Shown in pieces: positions 45,882 to 56,323 of a stretch of DNA of 64,000 nt. This stretch comes from an uncultured virus (IMG/VR IMGVR_UViG_3300024420_000237) (Duplodnaviria; Heunggongvirae; Uroviricota; Caudoviricetes): IMG/VR virus record IMGVR_UViG_3300024420_000237, positions 1 to 64,000 of that record. One strand, given 5' to 3'. Numbering within the stretch: the stretch's first letter is position 1; each line of letters begins with the position of its first letter. Both the position numbers and the translations under genes were made by a program. The notes below the pieces were generated by a model. That model was not told the DNA's origin. It ran no database searches and saw only the letters and a list, made by a program, of their open reading frames with translations.

Positions 45882-46771
45882 AAATTGCAATAACAGGCGG
45901 GGCAGGATATGTTGGTTGTAGATTAAGTGAACAATTACTGAATAACGGACATGAAGTTATTTGTATAGATTGGTTAAAGTATGGGGTACAACCTATATTA
46001 AATATCTTAGATAGAAAAGGATTTCATCTACATAAGATGGATATCTGTGATCCAGCAGTTGAGCCTATTCTAAAAAGTGCAGATGCAGTAATACATCTAG
46101 CAGGCATTGTAGGATATCCTGCATGTGAACGTGAACCAGACTTAGCATACAGAATTAATGTAGAAGGAACTAATAGAGTTATTGATGCTTCTATTGATAA
46201 GCCTTTTGTATATGCAAGTACAGGAAGTGTATACGGTGAGTTAGGCAAGACATGTGACGAAACATGTGAGACTAATCCAATCAGTACATACAGTGTTTAC
46301 AAACTTGATGGTGAAAAGAAATTAGAAGGAACTGATGCGGTTATACTAAGACCAGCAACTGCATTTGGTGTGAGTAATAGATTAAGACAAGACTTACTTG
46401 TTAATGACTTTACTTACAAAGCAATAGCTGAAAAGAAATTGGTCTTATTTGAAAAGCACTTCAAACGTACTTTCTTAAGCATTAACGACTTGGCACGTTC
46501 ATTCAGATGGGCGTTAGAGAAATACGATATTATGAAAGGCGAGATATGGAATGTCGGTGATGAAACATTAAATCATACTAAGTTAGACATTGCACAAATT
46601 ATTAAAAGCAAAGTCGATTATGAATTAATTATTAACGATGAATTATCTCACGATAAAGATGGCAGAGACTATTTTGTTGACTATTCAAAAATTAGAAACA
46701 TCGGATTCACTGCTACCGAAACTCTTGAAGATGGTATTGATAGTTTAGTTAAGTTATATCACGCCGCGTGA
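45878..46771 (+). CDS. NAD-dependent epimerase/dehydratase (extended SDR)
   Basis: TGGAGYVG, HLAGIVG, ASTGSVYG, YSVYK. Confidence 0.92.
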   Translation: MKIAITGGAGYVGCRLSEQLLNNGHEVICIDWLKYGVQPILNILDRKGFHLHKMDICDPAVEPILKSADAVIHLAGIVGYPACEREPDLAYRINVEGTNRVIDASIDKPFVYASTGSVYGELGKTCDETCETNPISTYSVYKLDGEKKLEGTDAVILRPATAFGVSNRLRQDLLVNDFTYKAIAEKKLVLFEKHFKRTFLSINDLARSFRWALEKYDIMKGEIWNVGDETLNHTKLDIAQIIKSKVDYELIINDELSHDKDGRDYFVDYSKIRNIGFTATETLEDGIDSLVKLYHAA

Positions 46772-47832
46772 TTTTTAATAACACTTGCAATCTTCTTTAC
46801 GTCTTCTTCACGTAAATCAAACTGACCTGGTAAATGTAGGCCTCTACTTGCTAATTCGTCTGCAATTGGTGTAGGGGTTTTCCATTGTTTATGAAAGGGT
46901 TGATTACATAGACTATCATATACTGCACGGCATCCTATGCCTTCTTCTCGTAATTCTAATACAAGTTCATCACGTTTGCTTACTAATATTTCAGGATACG
47001 TTGGCGTTACAAATTCTAAATCAGTATTAATAAAATCTACCACACCTTTTAGATGTTTACAATACCACTTAAATAAATGTTTCTTATGCTCGACAATAAA
47101 TGGCAGTTTCTTCATCTGTGGTACACCGAAAGATGCTTGTAAATCTGTAAACTTAAAATTAGAACCCATGACATTATATACTTCTCCAACCTTGACCGTT
47201 CTGCCAAAGTTTTTGATTGCTACAATCTCATCACTAATACCTTTATCATTAGTAATGATGCAACCACCTTGTCCTGTAGTAATAATCTTTGGTGCTCCAA
47301 AACTGAATACGCCCATGTCACCCATAGTACCACAGTGTATATCGTTTACTGTTCTACTACCTAGTGCTTGTGCAGAGTCTTCAATTACGACTCTACCACT
47401 TTCTCTTAAAGATTTGATTTGTTCTTGAACATCTTTTGGGTATCTTCCATTGATTGCTGATACAAATATAACTCTACAATCAGATGGTATCTTATCGAAG
47501 TTTATACAGTAGCTAAATGGGTCAACATCAACTATCACTGGTATGCCTCCCATTAGTATTGCGCCGTTACATGTAGCCGCTTGTGTATACGCACTTACGG
47601 CAAACTTTTCTCCTGGCTGTATTTTAGCTATCATAGAAGCACACAGGAGACCTGTAGTAGCACTTGTTACCATGTGTGCATACTTGGCGCCAGTATAGTC
47701 ACATATAAGAGATTCTAACTCTCTAGTTTTGGTATGTTCCATAATCCAACCACCAGAGTTAACATAGTCGTATACGCTTTCTATTTCTTCTTTCCCATAC
47801 ACTGGGTTCATATGACTATTTTTTGTTAGCAT
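46759..47832 (-). CDS. DegT/DnrJ/EryC1/StrS sugar aminotransferase
   Basis: SATTGL, IEDSAQALG, FSFGAPKIITTGQGG, G.NFK.TDLQA..G. Confidence 0.92.
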   Translation of the reverse strand: MLTKNSHMNPVYGKEEIESVYDYVNSGGWIMEHTKTRELESLICDYTGAKYAHMVTSATTGLLCASMIAKIQPGEKFAVSAYTQAATCNGAILMGGIPVIVDVDPFSYCINFDKIPSDCRVIFVSAINGRYPKDVQEQIKSLRESGRVVIEDSAQALGSRTVNDIHCGTMGDMGVFSFGAPKIITTGQGGCIITNDKGISDEIVAIKNFGRTVKVGEVYNVMGSNFKFTDLQASFGVPQMKKLPFIVEHKKHLFKWYCKHLKGVVDFINTDLEFVTPTYPEILVSKRDELVLELREEGIGCRAVYDSLCNQPFHKQWKTPTPIADELASRGLHLPGQFDLREEDVKKIASVIKNHAA

Positions 47833-48805
47833 TTACAAATTTCTCCATCTTATATTTTACATGCTCATAGAAAACTAAATTGCCCTCAATACTTGGGTGT
47901 ACCCAGTTAAATAATTGTTTTTCTTCTAATTGTTTCCAACAATCATATTGACCGTGTACATAGTCTACAACATTGGGATGAACAAATTTCGTTATCTTAG
48001 GGTCAAAAACTTGTGACATTAACATTGCCATGAGTTTTCCAACCTTTTCATTCAGTGCCCATCTGTATTTATCTATATTATGTTTTTCTATATAGGCATG
48101 AATTTCGTCTTCACTTGCGTATGCTTTTATTGTTTGATGTACAAAGTCTGCGCCTAGATTAGGAGACATGCCTTTAATGCCTGCATGTTCACATAATACA
48201 TTTTGCCAACTAGGTTCTATGACTGTAAGATTTTCATATGGTTCAACATCTACATATGTAATATCTGAATGAGATCCTATAATTCCTATAGGCATGTTTA
48301 ATTCATTCATTTCTTTTAAATCCATATGTAATAGTTGATGTCTGTACGATAGCCAATCATTACTGCAAAGTAAGTTTTCAATAAATTTATTATACGTGAT
48401 TGATTTATAAAGTATTGTTTCTTTCTTATATAATGGCCATGTCTGTTGGCCTGTCTCAGGATCAAAATATAATCTAGCTAACGGATCGCACAAGACCCAT
48501 ATTACTGGTCCACTGAATGGTTCAACTCCATACTCTTTTCTCTTTTGCCATTTTTTTATTTCTAGTACACATTTTGTATTACTGTTGCCATGTCTAGGCA
48601 ACCATGCATGGTTGTGTGTTCCTAGACTATGTTTAAATTCTTTTGCAAACATATCACCTATGTTTATGTTTGGCTCATCACTTTTATCTCCTAATGGAGA
48701 TGAATAACTTTGTACAGCCCAACTAGGACCAGTATAAACAAAATCATTATCAAAACTTTGTATTGGTATATCTGTTTTTGTTTGAGACTGATAATTATAA
48801 GTCAT
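47816..48805 (-). CDS. SGNH-like protein
   Basis: TGPSWA, GNSN, C-terminal HPSIEGN; ATG 48805 preferred. Confidence 0.55.
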   Translation of the reverse strand: MTYNYQSQTKTDIPIQSFDNDFVYTGPSWAVQSYSSPLGDKSDEPNINIGDMFAKEFKHSLGTHNHAWLPRHGNSNTKCVLEIKKWQKRKEYGVEPFSGPVIWVLCDPLARLYFDPETGQQTWPLYKKETILYKSITYNKFIENLLCSNDWLSYRHQLLHMDLKEMNELNMPIGIIGSHSDITYVDVEPYENLTVIEPSWQNVLCEHAGIKGMSPNLGADFVHQTIKAYASEDEIHAYIEKHNIDKYRWALNEKVGKLMAMLMSQVFDPKITKFVHPNVVDYVHGQYDCWKQLEEKQLFNWVHPSIEGNLVFYEHVKYKMEKFVNANKK

Positions 48806-49685
48806 AATACCACTTGTATGTTTTAGCAAATGCTTCTTCCATACTATACTCTGGCTTCCAACCTAATTCCTTTAAGCGAGAATTATCTATCGCTCTATTC
48901 TTAATTCCTTCAGGTCTATCCGTATTGAACCAAAGATTACCTTTGTAACCACTGACTTTAATTAATAGTTCAGCTATTTCTCTGATAGAAATTTCATAGC
49001 CACTTGCTACGTTGACTGTATCATACTTGTCATTATTTAATATTATATCCATGGCCGCAACTGCGTCTTCAATGTAAAGTATATCTCTACTTTGATTTCC
49101 AGAACCCCATATCTCAATACTGTCTGCATTGCTTTTACATGCGTCTACAAACTTTTGCATCAACGCACCTATTACGTGTGCATGTTCTCCTGTCCTATCA
49201 TGCGGTCCGAACATATTTGTGTTTATTGCTGTACGCCAATTAGTATTGTACTTTTCATTACTTGCTCTACATTGATACATACCCATGAGTTTAGGTAATG
49301 CAGTAGGAAAGTATGTAGCGAAAGGTTCGCCTTGTAGTAACTGAGTTTCATTATAGGGTTGTTCGCCAATCTCTGGATAACTACATGTGCTTCCTTGTAG
49401 TAGTACTCTGTCTGTTCTTGCGAAACGACATGCTTCAAATAAGTTATTTTGAATTGTTAAGTTCTTAATCATTAATTCAAAACTCTTGTCTAAGTCTTCT
49501 TGCAGGCCACCAACAGTAGCCGCATTTATAATTACGTGTGTGGGCTTTCGCATTTGTATATCTTGTTTAGTAGATATGCGTGAACTATAATTTGCAGTCT
49601 GGGTGTTACCTCCATCTGCATCAGTTATAAGTTTCTTATACCAAGTACCGACAAGTCCTCTGTCTCCTGCTATATAATATTTCAT
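48795..49685 (-). CDS. GDP-L-fucose synthase-like epimerase/reductase
   Basis: AGDRGLVG, AATVGG, GSTCSYP, N.FGP.D, HVI.AL, WGSG...RD, PEG...R..D..RL..LGW. Confidence 0.85.
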   Translation of the reverse strand: MKYYIAGDRGLVGTWYKKLITDADGGNTQTANYSSRISTKQDIQMRKPTHVIINAATVGGLQEDLDKSFELMIKNLTIQNNLFEACRFARTDRVLLQGSTCSYPEIGEQPYNETQLLQGEPFATYFPTALPKLMGMYQCRASNEKYNTNWRTAINTNMFGPHDRTGEHAHVIGALMQKFVDACKSNADSIEIWGSGNQSRDILYIEDAVAAMDIILNNDKYDTVNVASGYEISIREIAELLIKVSGYKGNLWFNTDRPEGIKNRAIDNSRLKELGWKPEYSMEEAFAKTYKWYYDL

Positions 49686-50068
49686 ACTATATATCCCTGC
49701 ACGAAATTCATCATAACTGCGGTACCAGTGATAGCACTACCTATCATAATCGCTCTATCTCCCCATGCCATACCTACTGCTACCCATCCTATGCTACTAA
49801 TAATATATGCAACTTGTCCCCAAAATATTAGTCCCGCACTCATTAGAAATACACCAGACACTGCCAATGCCATGGCCGCCCATTTGATATACCAGTCAAC
49901 TGTTCCGACTGGCGTAGTAGGAGTTAAGTCTTCTACTTCTGTCTGTAGTTCTGCTAATTCTTTTTTTAATCTTTTCTTTTCTGCACCTAGTTCCATAGCA
50001 AGTTTTCCTGCCTTGGTCATCTGGCTATGCTCAAATTGATTTGTTATTTCTTCTTTAATCTCGTCCAT
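49682..50068 (-). CDS. Small membrane protein with N-terminal coiled coil
   Basis: Coiled-coil segment followed by about three hydrophobic helices; AGGAG SD. Confidence 0.7.
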   Translation of the reverse strand: MDEIKEEITNQFEHSQMTKAGKLAMELGAEKKRLKKELAELQTEVEDLTPTTPVGTVDWYIKWAAMALAVSGVFLMSAGLIFWGQVAYIISSIGWVAVGMAWGDRAIMIGSAITGTAVMMNFVQGYIV

Positions 50069-52697
50069 CTGTTATCTCCTTTTGTACAATAAAATAATCA
50101 TTAACAGATGCGTTGGGAGAATGTGCAGTTGACTTTGGTGCCTCATGTCCTCTATGAGGATTTTGCCAATGCATCAGTAAATTCTTTTCTTCCACAAAGC
50201 CTTCGAAATCTGTGTAAGCCCATGGGTAAGGTTGAACTACTGCTATGCCTCCCATGTTAAGGAATTTCTTAATGCATTCTATAAATGACATGATATCGTG
50301 GCTTTCATACGGTGCAAAGAAAGTATTTGGGCTATCGTTCTTATCACGTATTTCCCAAGACTGTGACAGATTTCCATCATGTAGTCTAATTATTTTATCA
50401 GTTTTCCAAAATATATTTGACATGTTAATTAATATTATATCATATTTCTCGTTAGGATTAAAGTCTTTTCCGTAACAATTATTAATATTATTCAACAAAT
50501 CAAAGTCTCTACATGGATAAATGTGTACATCTGCTGGAGGTTTAATATCCAACGTCTTCCAAATCTCTTTAAGTTCATCTATCGAATCACCTGCTTCTTT
50601 ATATGAATTGGTCGAATGTACATTGGTATAACCTTGGCTTTTTAGAAAGTGTGGCATAAAACCAAAGTGAGTGCCCACATCAAGTATCTTAATATCTTTT
50701 GGTGCATAGTTAAGTCCGATGTTATCAAGTATCATAGAATGGTTAGCCCAATAACCCGGAACTAACGAGCCTTTGAAATACTCTCTATGAGATACAGAAT
50801 TTTTTGTTATCTTTTTGAATTCTTTTTTATATACATCAGTAAAAGTATCAATGTACTTTCCGAATTCAACCCCAATTCTGGATATATTGTGTGGTTTTCT
50901 AAAACGCCAAGAACCCCACTCATTATACATATGCCAATCCCATTCGTAATTCTCATCGCAATATTTCATTTGCTTTTTAGTCAACTTAGCAGGAGTCTTT
51001 ACTTCAACTGTCTCTAACAACTCGCAAATGCGTCTGGCAATATCACGCTGTCCAAAATCTTCAATCCAATCTAATGTTCTTTTATAATTACCAGTACCAC
51101 TCATATTATCTATATCAATTACACATTTGCAATTTAATTCATAATGATATGCAGATTGTGATAGTAATTTGACTTCTTCTAGTTTCTTACCTGTTTTTTT
51201 CAAATATGCAGATAGTCTCTTGTCAGGTCTTCTGGTAAATATAATTGCTGGAATATTAGAGATATCTGGCAACTCATCCCTTCTACGCAATCTATATCCC
51301 AAATTAGGTGCAATGATTTCTTCTATCTCATTTTCTAAGCATCCTGATATTGGTTGAATTAGTGTATTAGTATTTTCATTATACCAAACATATCCTCTCA
51401 TACGTGAGTCATCATCAAACACATTTCGTCCGTGTGCATCTGTTGGATCAATTTGTATTTGCGGAACATAATCTCCTACACTAATACTTTGAAATGCATC
51501 GTTGTATACTCTAGGAGCATATTGATTTTTATAATGATGATAATTAAAATCTAACACCTCTTGCATTTTCTTAGAATATGTAAACTCTGTCTTACCGCGA
51601 ATTATCTGTACATTGTCAACAATGCCTTTGACTACATTTGAGATTTCTTCTATTCGTTCATTGTAAGGCAACTCATCATATTTCTCGTCCCAAAAAGTAT
51701 CAAATGTTTTGAACCCAAGATTTTTTAGTTGTGCAAGATATCCTTTATCTCCTACTATAATAAATGGCTGGTGCGATATTATCGCCTGTGAAATTTTTTC
51801 ACTTAATGAAACAAACTCATCACTAGCAGTAAACTCTGTAATTACTTCTACATATGTCCTTCTTCTGTATATTTCTAGTTCTTCTATTCTATTAAGGTTC
51901 GATCCTGATAACCAATCGTCTCTTCCGGTTTCTATACTATATGGTAATTTATTACCTAAATATCTATTAACTATTTCTTCATGTATGTCTTTTGTACTAT
52001 TACAATTTTTGATAGCCGCAACGTCTCCTAGATATAACGGATTATTTTTATCTCCATCAAATTCTTCACCTAGTAAACTAAAGTAGGAATTTTTATGCAA
52101 GTTGCAATCTTTCTCAATAAACTTGGCAAGGATATCAAGACGATGAGGCCTAATTCTTTTATTAAGAAACAGTAAATGTTTCTTTGATATATCTTTATAA
52201 TGTGATGTATCTGTTTTTATTTTTCCCTTTTCATAATCAGCAAACCTCAAAGTACTTGTGGAAACTGTAATACATTGAACTGTGCCATCTTTTATTAGCT
52301 TTGCAGAGTTTTCAAACATAGTCCAATACTTAACATTTTTGTGATTCTTTTTATTAGAATAAAATTTATCTATTTTATAATAATAGTCCAGTGGTATAAA
52401 TTCTGCACCCATATCAAATACAATACAAGCAATCCCATCTTCTAAATCTTTCGTTATAGATTTGTCTTTGATAACATCTTCAATTAGATTATCTGTGTGC
52501 GTAAGATAGTTGCCATGCTCCTCTGCCCACATACATGCAATCCATGGAGAAATAAAATAATACTTTTCAAATCTTACGTCAGGGTGTAACTCATCAACAA
52601 AGTTTTGATATAGGTCATAGTGTTGTGGCTCTGTGTGTATCTGTTGAATTCTATCAGAACGGACAGTTGTCCACTTATTGTAAAACATTCTATGCAT
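50055..52697 (-). CDS. Multidomain tailoring-like protein (glycosyltransferase-like / sulfotransferase-like / methyltransferase)
   Basis: N-part NKR.R.HR..ITE..LSEKI..PFII.G..LGFKTF..FWDE.YD; middle FTR.P..RL.A; C-part ILDVGTHFGF. Confidence 0.65.
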   Translation of the reverse strand: MHRMFYNKWTTVRSDRIQQIHTEPQHYDLYQNFVDELHPDVRFEKYYFISPWIACMWAEEHGNYLTHTDNLIEDVIKDKSITKDLEDGIACIVFDMGAEFIPLDYYYKIDKFYSNKKNHKNVKYWTMFENSAKLIKDGTVQCITVSTSTLRFADYEKGKIKTDTSHYKDISKKHLLFLNKRIRPHRLDILAKFIEKDCNLHKNSYFSLLGEEFDGDKNNPLYLGDVAAIKNCNSTKDIHEEIVNRYLGNKLPYSIETGRDDWLSGSNLNRIEELEIYRRRTYVEVITEFTASDEFVSLSEKISQAIISHQPFIIVGDKGYLAQLKNLGFKTFDTFWDEKYDELPYNERIEEISNVVKGIVDNVQIIRGKTEFTYSKKMQEVLDFNYHHYKNQYAPRVYNDAFQSISVGDYVPQIQIDPTDAHGRNVFDDDSRMRGYVWYNENTNTLIQPISGCLENEIEEIIAPNLGYRLRRRDELPDISNIPAIIFTRRPDKRLSAYLKKTGKKLEEVKLLSQSAYHYELNCKCVIDIDNMSGTGNYKRTLDWIEDFGQRDIARRICELLETVEVKTPAKLTKKQMKYCDENYEWDWHMYNEWGSWRFRKPHNISRIGVEFGKYIDTFTDVYKKEFKKITKNSVSHREYFKGSLVPGYWANHSMILDNIGLNYAPKDIKILDVGTHFGFMPHFLKSQGYTNVHSTNSYKEAGDSIDELKEIWKTLDIKPPADVHIYPCRDFDLLNNINNCYGKDFNPNEKYDIILINMSNIFWKTDKIIRLHDGNLSQSWEIRDKNDSPNTFFAPYESHDIMSFIECIKKFLNMGGIAVVQPYPWAYTDFEGFVEEKNLLMHWQNPHRGHEAPKSTAHSPNASVNDYFIVQKEITDGRD

Positions 52698-53919
52698 AGC
52701 TTTCTTTCTTCTTAATACTTTTCATGGTTGCATTGAATTCTTGATTAGTATCTTTACCACAAAAGATTGAACACGTTCTCAATCTTTTATTATTGATATT
52801 ATTATCTTTCCAATTATCAGGCCAGTGCGTTTGAAACATTGGACCATTAATTATGTCTTCTAGTTTAGTATGTTCTAAACTTATTCTTTCCTTACCAAAG
52901 TCATCTATAAATTTTTGTAACTGCACAGTTTCCTCATCTGGGAATGCATATAGTTTACTAGCAGTCATACAACATGGGAAAACTAATCCTTCACTAGACA
53001 CGAAAATACTTTTAGGCTTGATAACCATACAATCTATTCTTGTATTTCCTAACTTCTTTTCGTGTTCAGTTAGTGGTCTGTTTTCATCTAATTCATATTT
53101 GTGTGTATACTCACCCGATGGGTTTGTTTTAGCAAATCGAATTGTTTGTAAAATCTTTTCTGGACTGTCTGTGTCTTCGCCGTCGATTCGTTTAAATGAT
53201 GATTGTTTAATATATTTATTAATGATTTCATTAGAGTTACCATCAGATGGAGGATGCAATTCATAGTCCTTTGTTCCGCTTTCATTAAATACTGCCAAAG
53301 ATGATTGTGCATTTCCTTCGACCACACTGTCAACAAATCCCAATGCTTTCTTTGAAAAGAAATCTTGTATGCCTATTTTTTTTGCTAATATCTTTGCCTC
53401 TTCTATTTGATGCTGATTATGTTTGAATACTAAGAATTCCCATCTAGCATGGCCACCACCAGCGATATAGTTTTCCATAGCAGTCATAATTTTATTCCAA
53501 TGAGTTCCTCTACGATATATCCAATTTGTATCCTCAAGTCCATCAACACTAAATGTCATGTGTCCATTAGTTCCGATTATCTGTCCTAATTCGTACCAGA
53601 AGGTTGCGTTACGACCACTAGCATTTGAATTCATTGTAATTCTAATATTAGGATTTATAGATTTTGTATACTTTAGAATATCAATTAGTTCTGGATTAGT
53701 CATAGCGTCACCGTAGTTACCACACAAAGACATGCCATATAACTGTGTTAAGAATTTTACACTAAAATACTTCTTAAATTGTTCTAATGAAATATAAGTC
53801 TCTTTGTATCTTGGGTTCTTTTTCCCACCCTGTTCTCTGCGGTTGCATACAGGACAGAGAGCATTGCACAGGCTACTACTTTCAAAATCTAAATGAAGTA
53901 TTTCATCATGCTTATACAT
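52690..53919 (-). CDS. Radical SAM protein (subtype B)
   Basis: SSLCNALCPVC, GNYGDA, FSVDGLEDTNWIYR, PCC, CSIFCG; ATG 53919 preferred. Confidence 0.92.
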   Translation of the reverse strand: MYKHDEILHLDFESSSLCNALCPVCNRREQGGKKNPRYKETYISLEQFKKYFSVKFLTQLYGMSLCGNYGDAMTNPELIDILKYTKSINPNIRITMNSNASGRNATFWYELGQIIGTNGHMTFSVDGLEDTNWIYRRGTHWNKIMTAMENYIAGGGHARWEFLVFKHNQHQIEEAKILAKKIGIQDFFSKKALGFVDSVVEGNAQSSLAVFNESGTKDYELHPPSDGNSNEIINKYIKQSSFKRIDGEDTDSPEKILQTIRFAKTNPSGEYTHKYELDENRPLTEHEKKLGNTRIDCMVIKPKSIFVSSEGLVFPCCMTASKLYAFPDEETVQLQKFIDDFGKERISLEHTKLEDIINGPMFQTHWPDNWKDNNINNKRLRTCSIFCGKDTNQEFNATMKSIKKKESYA

Positions 53920-55108
53920 TGTATTCTCCGCTTCTCTGTACACTTTTTTTCGTGCTAAGAATTTCAGTGTTTACATTTGATCCACAAAATTTACTACATG
54001 TCAATAGCTTTCCTAATTCGGTTGTAGACTTAAGCCAACTTTTATTGTATCCAATTTGAAATAGTTCACTATCTGTAATGCTTTTTACTGTATTGCCTTT
54101 TGATAGGTCTATTGTTTCTTCACCATATTCTTTTATAAAATTTCTCAGTTGCAACGTTTCAAATACCCCTACTCCATAATATTTACTTGCTGTAAAACAA
54201 CAAGGGAATACTAATCCAGTTGACGCAACGAATATACTTCTTAGGTCTTTGCCAGACCAACGTATTGCTGTACAGTTGATTTTACAATTATCATATCCTT
54301 CTAGTTCTTTTGGGTCTTCATCGATAACAGGAGTACGAGTATGGTCAAACATAAATGATAATGTTTTTTTAGTAATTACTGCCGGAGATGCACCGTGTTT
54401 TCTAACAATTTGTTTTTTCTTTACTTTTTCATTTCTCCATTCATCGTCTGGTGCCTGCATATAATAGTCAAGTGTGCCATCATGTTTAAGAGATTTCATT
54501 TCTAAACCATGTTTGTCAGAAAATCCCATAGCTTTTTTGGCATGAAAACTTGTAAAGCCCAAACTCTCAGAAAGTAATCTTGCTTCTTGTATCTGGTGTT
54601 GATTGTGTTTGAATACTAAGAATTCCCATACTGCATGTGATTTGTTCTCCGCAGTAAACCATTCCATAGCATTCATTATTTTTTTCCAGTTTGTACCTTT
54701 TCTGTATATATGGTTTGTATCTTCTAATCCGTCAACACTGAAAACAACATTTCCTGATTTTCCTATAACATCTGCTAAGTCTGTCCAAAACTGTTTATCT
54801 CTGCCGCTGGCGTTTGTATTCATATGAAAAGTAATATCCGGATTTAATTCTTTTGTATATCTCATTATTGGAATTAACTCTGGATTGGTCATTGGATCGC
54901 CGTAGTTGCCACACAAAGTTATCGACTCTAACTGTTTTATTAGGTCAGCATCAAACCACTCTTTGTATTCTTTTAAACTAATAAATCTTTCAATCATTGT
55001 TGGGTTCTTTGGTCCACCGTTCACACGCCGATTGCATATAGAACATTCTGCATTACACAGACTGCTTACTTCTAAATGTATATTTTTTATTAAATCATAT
55101 CTATACAT
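53912..55108 (-). CDS. Radical SAM protein (subtype B)
   Basis: HLEVSSLCNAECSIC, GNYGDP, FSVDGLEDTNHIYR, PCC, CSKFCG. Confidence 0.92.
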   Translation of the reverse strand: MYRYDLIKNIHLEVSSLCNAECSICNRRVNGGPKNPTMIERFISLKEYKEWFDADLIKQLESITLCGNYGDPMTNPELIPIMRYTKELNPDITFHMNTNASGRDKQFWTDLADVIGKSGNVVFSVDGLEDTNHIYRKGTNWKKIMNAMEWFTAENKSHAVWEFLVFKHNQHQIQEARLLSESLGFTSFHAKKAMGFSDKHGLEMKSLKHDGTLDYYMQAPDDEWRNEKVKKKQIVRKHGASPAVITKKTLSFMFDHTRTPVIDEDPKELEGYDNCKINCTAIRWSGKDLRSIFVASTGLVFPCCFTASKYYGVGVFETLQLRNFIKEYGEETIDLSKGNTVKSITDSELFQIGYNKSWLKSTTELGKLLTCSKFCGSNVNTEILSTKKSVQRSGEYNV

Positions 55109-56295
55109 TAAAAATGTCCTTCAAACTCCGGTAAGAAGTCTAGTATATTCTGTTCTCTAATCTCATCAAGATTTCTAGTATACTCTTTTGCTTTTTCCCA
55201 TTTGGCTGGGTTGTCTGGTCCTCCAAACATTTTCTTAAATTCTTGCATTTTCCAATCATCAAATACATTAGAAAACTTATTATGTATCGCATCACGCATT
55301 GCTTTGGGCAATACTGCTGGAGATAATATATCAGGATCATATACATAATTATGATGAACCCATACCCCATGTTCTCTATGGAAGAAGTTATAAAAATCAC
55401 CTAGAGTGCTATAGTTCATCCATGATACAGTCTGTGTTACATCAATCTCAAAGCCTTCTTTCTTTAATCTTAAGAAGTTCTTTTCAACATCATTCCATTT
55501 TGTAGGGTATCTTATATAATGATTTCTATCACCCAAATCATCTATACTGCAACTTACTTTTACATGGTCAAACTTTTTCCACAAGTCTATGACTTTATCA
55601 TTCATGTTTGTCATGTTTATGTTATACCACAGTTTAATGTCAGTCTTGCCTAACTCTACTAGTCTTTCTAAAAATCTAAAATGTTCTTTAATAAGTGTTG
55701 GTTCACCACCATTGATGTAGAATGTCTTTACGTTATCACAATGTTGTAACAAGTCATCCCAAAATCCTTCACGTTCAGGCCATCTGAATCCTTCCATTGT
55801 ATCATATGTAGTAAGAGTAAATGTCGTTTTCTTTTGTAATTTATCATAATCATTTCGCCATTTGCTACTAGAAGCAGGATTACAAGTACGACACGCAACA
55901 TTGCAAACATTACCTAATCTTAACTCAACGAACTCAAGCTGAACGTCTTTCATTGAGCCGTCGCTCTCAGTGGCGTCCCTAGCAACTCCCACAGTATACT
56001 CAGGATAGTTCTTTATTTCTTCTAATCTTTTAGAAGCCATACCTTTAGCTTCTTCTGAATAACAACGCATACATGCTTTAGGTTTTTTGCCATCTAGTAC
56101 TTCTAATCTTGCTTTCCTATAGCTTTCGCTATTCATAGTATCGAATACAGTGTCACGATTAAGATTATAAAATCTATCACCATCACGTGAACTACTCAAT
56201 GAATTACGATGGTCTGCAACACAACAATGTGTCACGCCTCCATGCGGATGCGTAGCAAGATGTTGAAATAATAATGGGCAAAAAGTTTCACTCAT
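55108..56295 (-). CDS. Radical SAM protein with N-terminal Twitch/SPASM-like domain (subtype A)
   Basis: FCPLLF..HCC..CMRC; CNVACRTC; GGEPT. Confidence 0.92.
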   Translation of the reverse strand: MSETFCPLLFQHLATHPHGGVTHCCVADHRNSLSSSRDGDRFYNLNRDTVFDTMNSESYRKARLEVLDGKKPKACMRCYSEEAKGMASKRLEEIKNYPEYTVGVARDATESDGSMKDVQLEFVELRLGNVCNVACRTCNPASSSKWRNDYDKLQKKTTFTLTTYDTMEGFRWPEREGFWDDLLQHCDNVKTFYINGGEPTLIKEHFRFLERLVELGKTDIKLWYNINMTNMNDKVIDLWKKFDHVKVSCSIDDLGDRNHYIRYPTKWNDVEKNFLRLKKEGFEIDVTQTVSWMNYSTLGDFYNFFHREHGVWVHHNYVYDPDILSPAVLPKAMRDAIHNKFSNVFDDWKMQEFKKMFGGPDNPAKWEKAKEYTRNLDEIREQNILDFLPEFEGHF

Positions 56296-56323
56296 AATAT
56301 CTATCCTAATTGTTTAATATTTG

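Noticed and set aside
26390..47832. Aminoglycoside-antibiotic cluster (TobZ-, BtrN-, BtrR-, BtrI-like families are all present)
   Set aside because: No 2-deoxy-scyllo-inosose synthase, resistance or export gene was recognised. The family overlap is generic to sugar tailoring.
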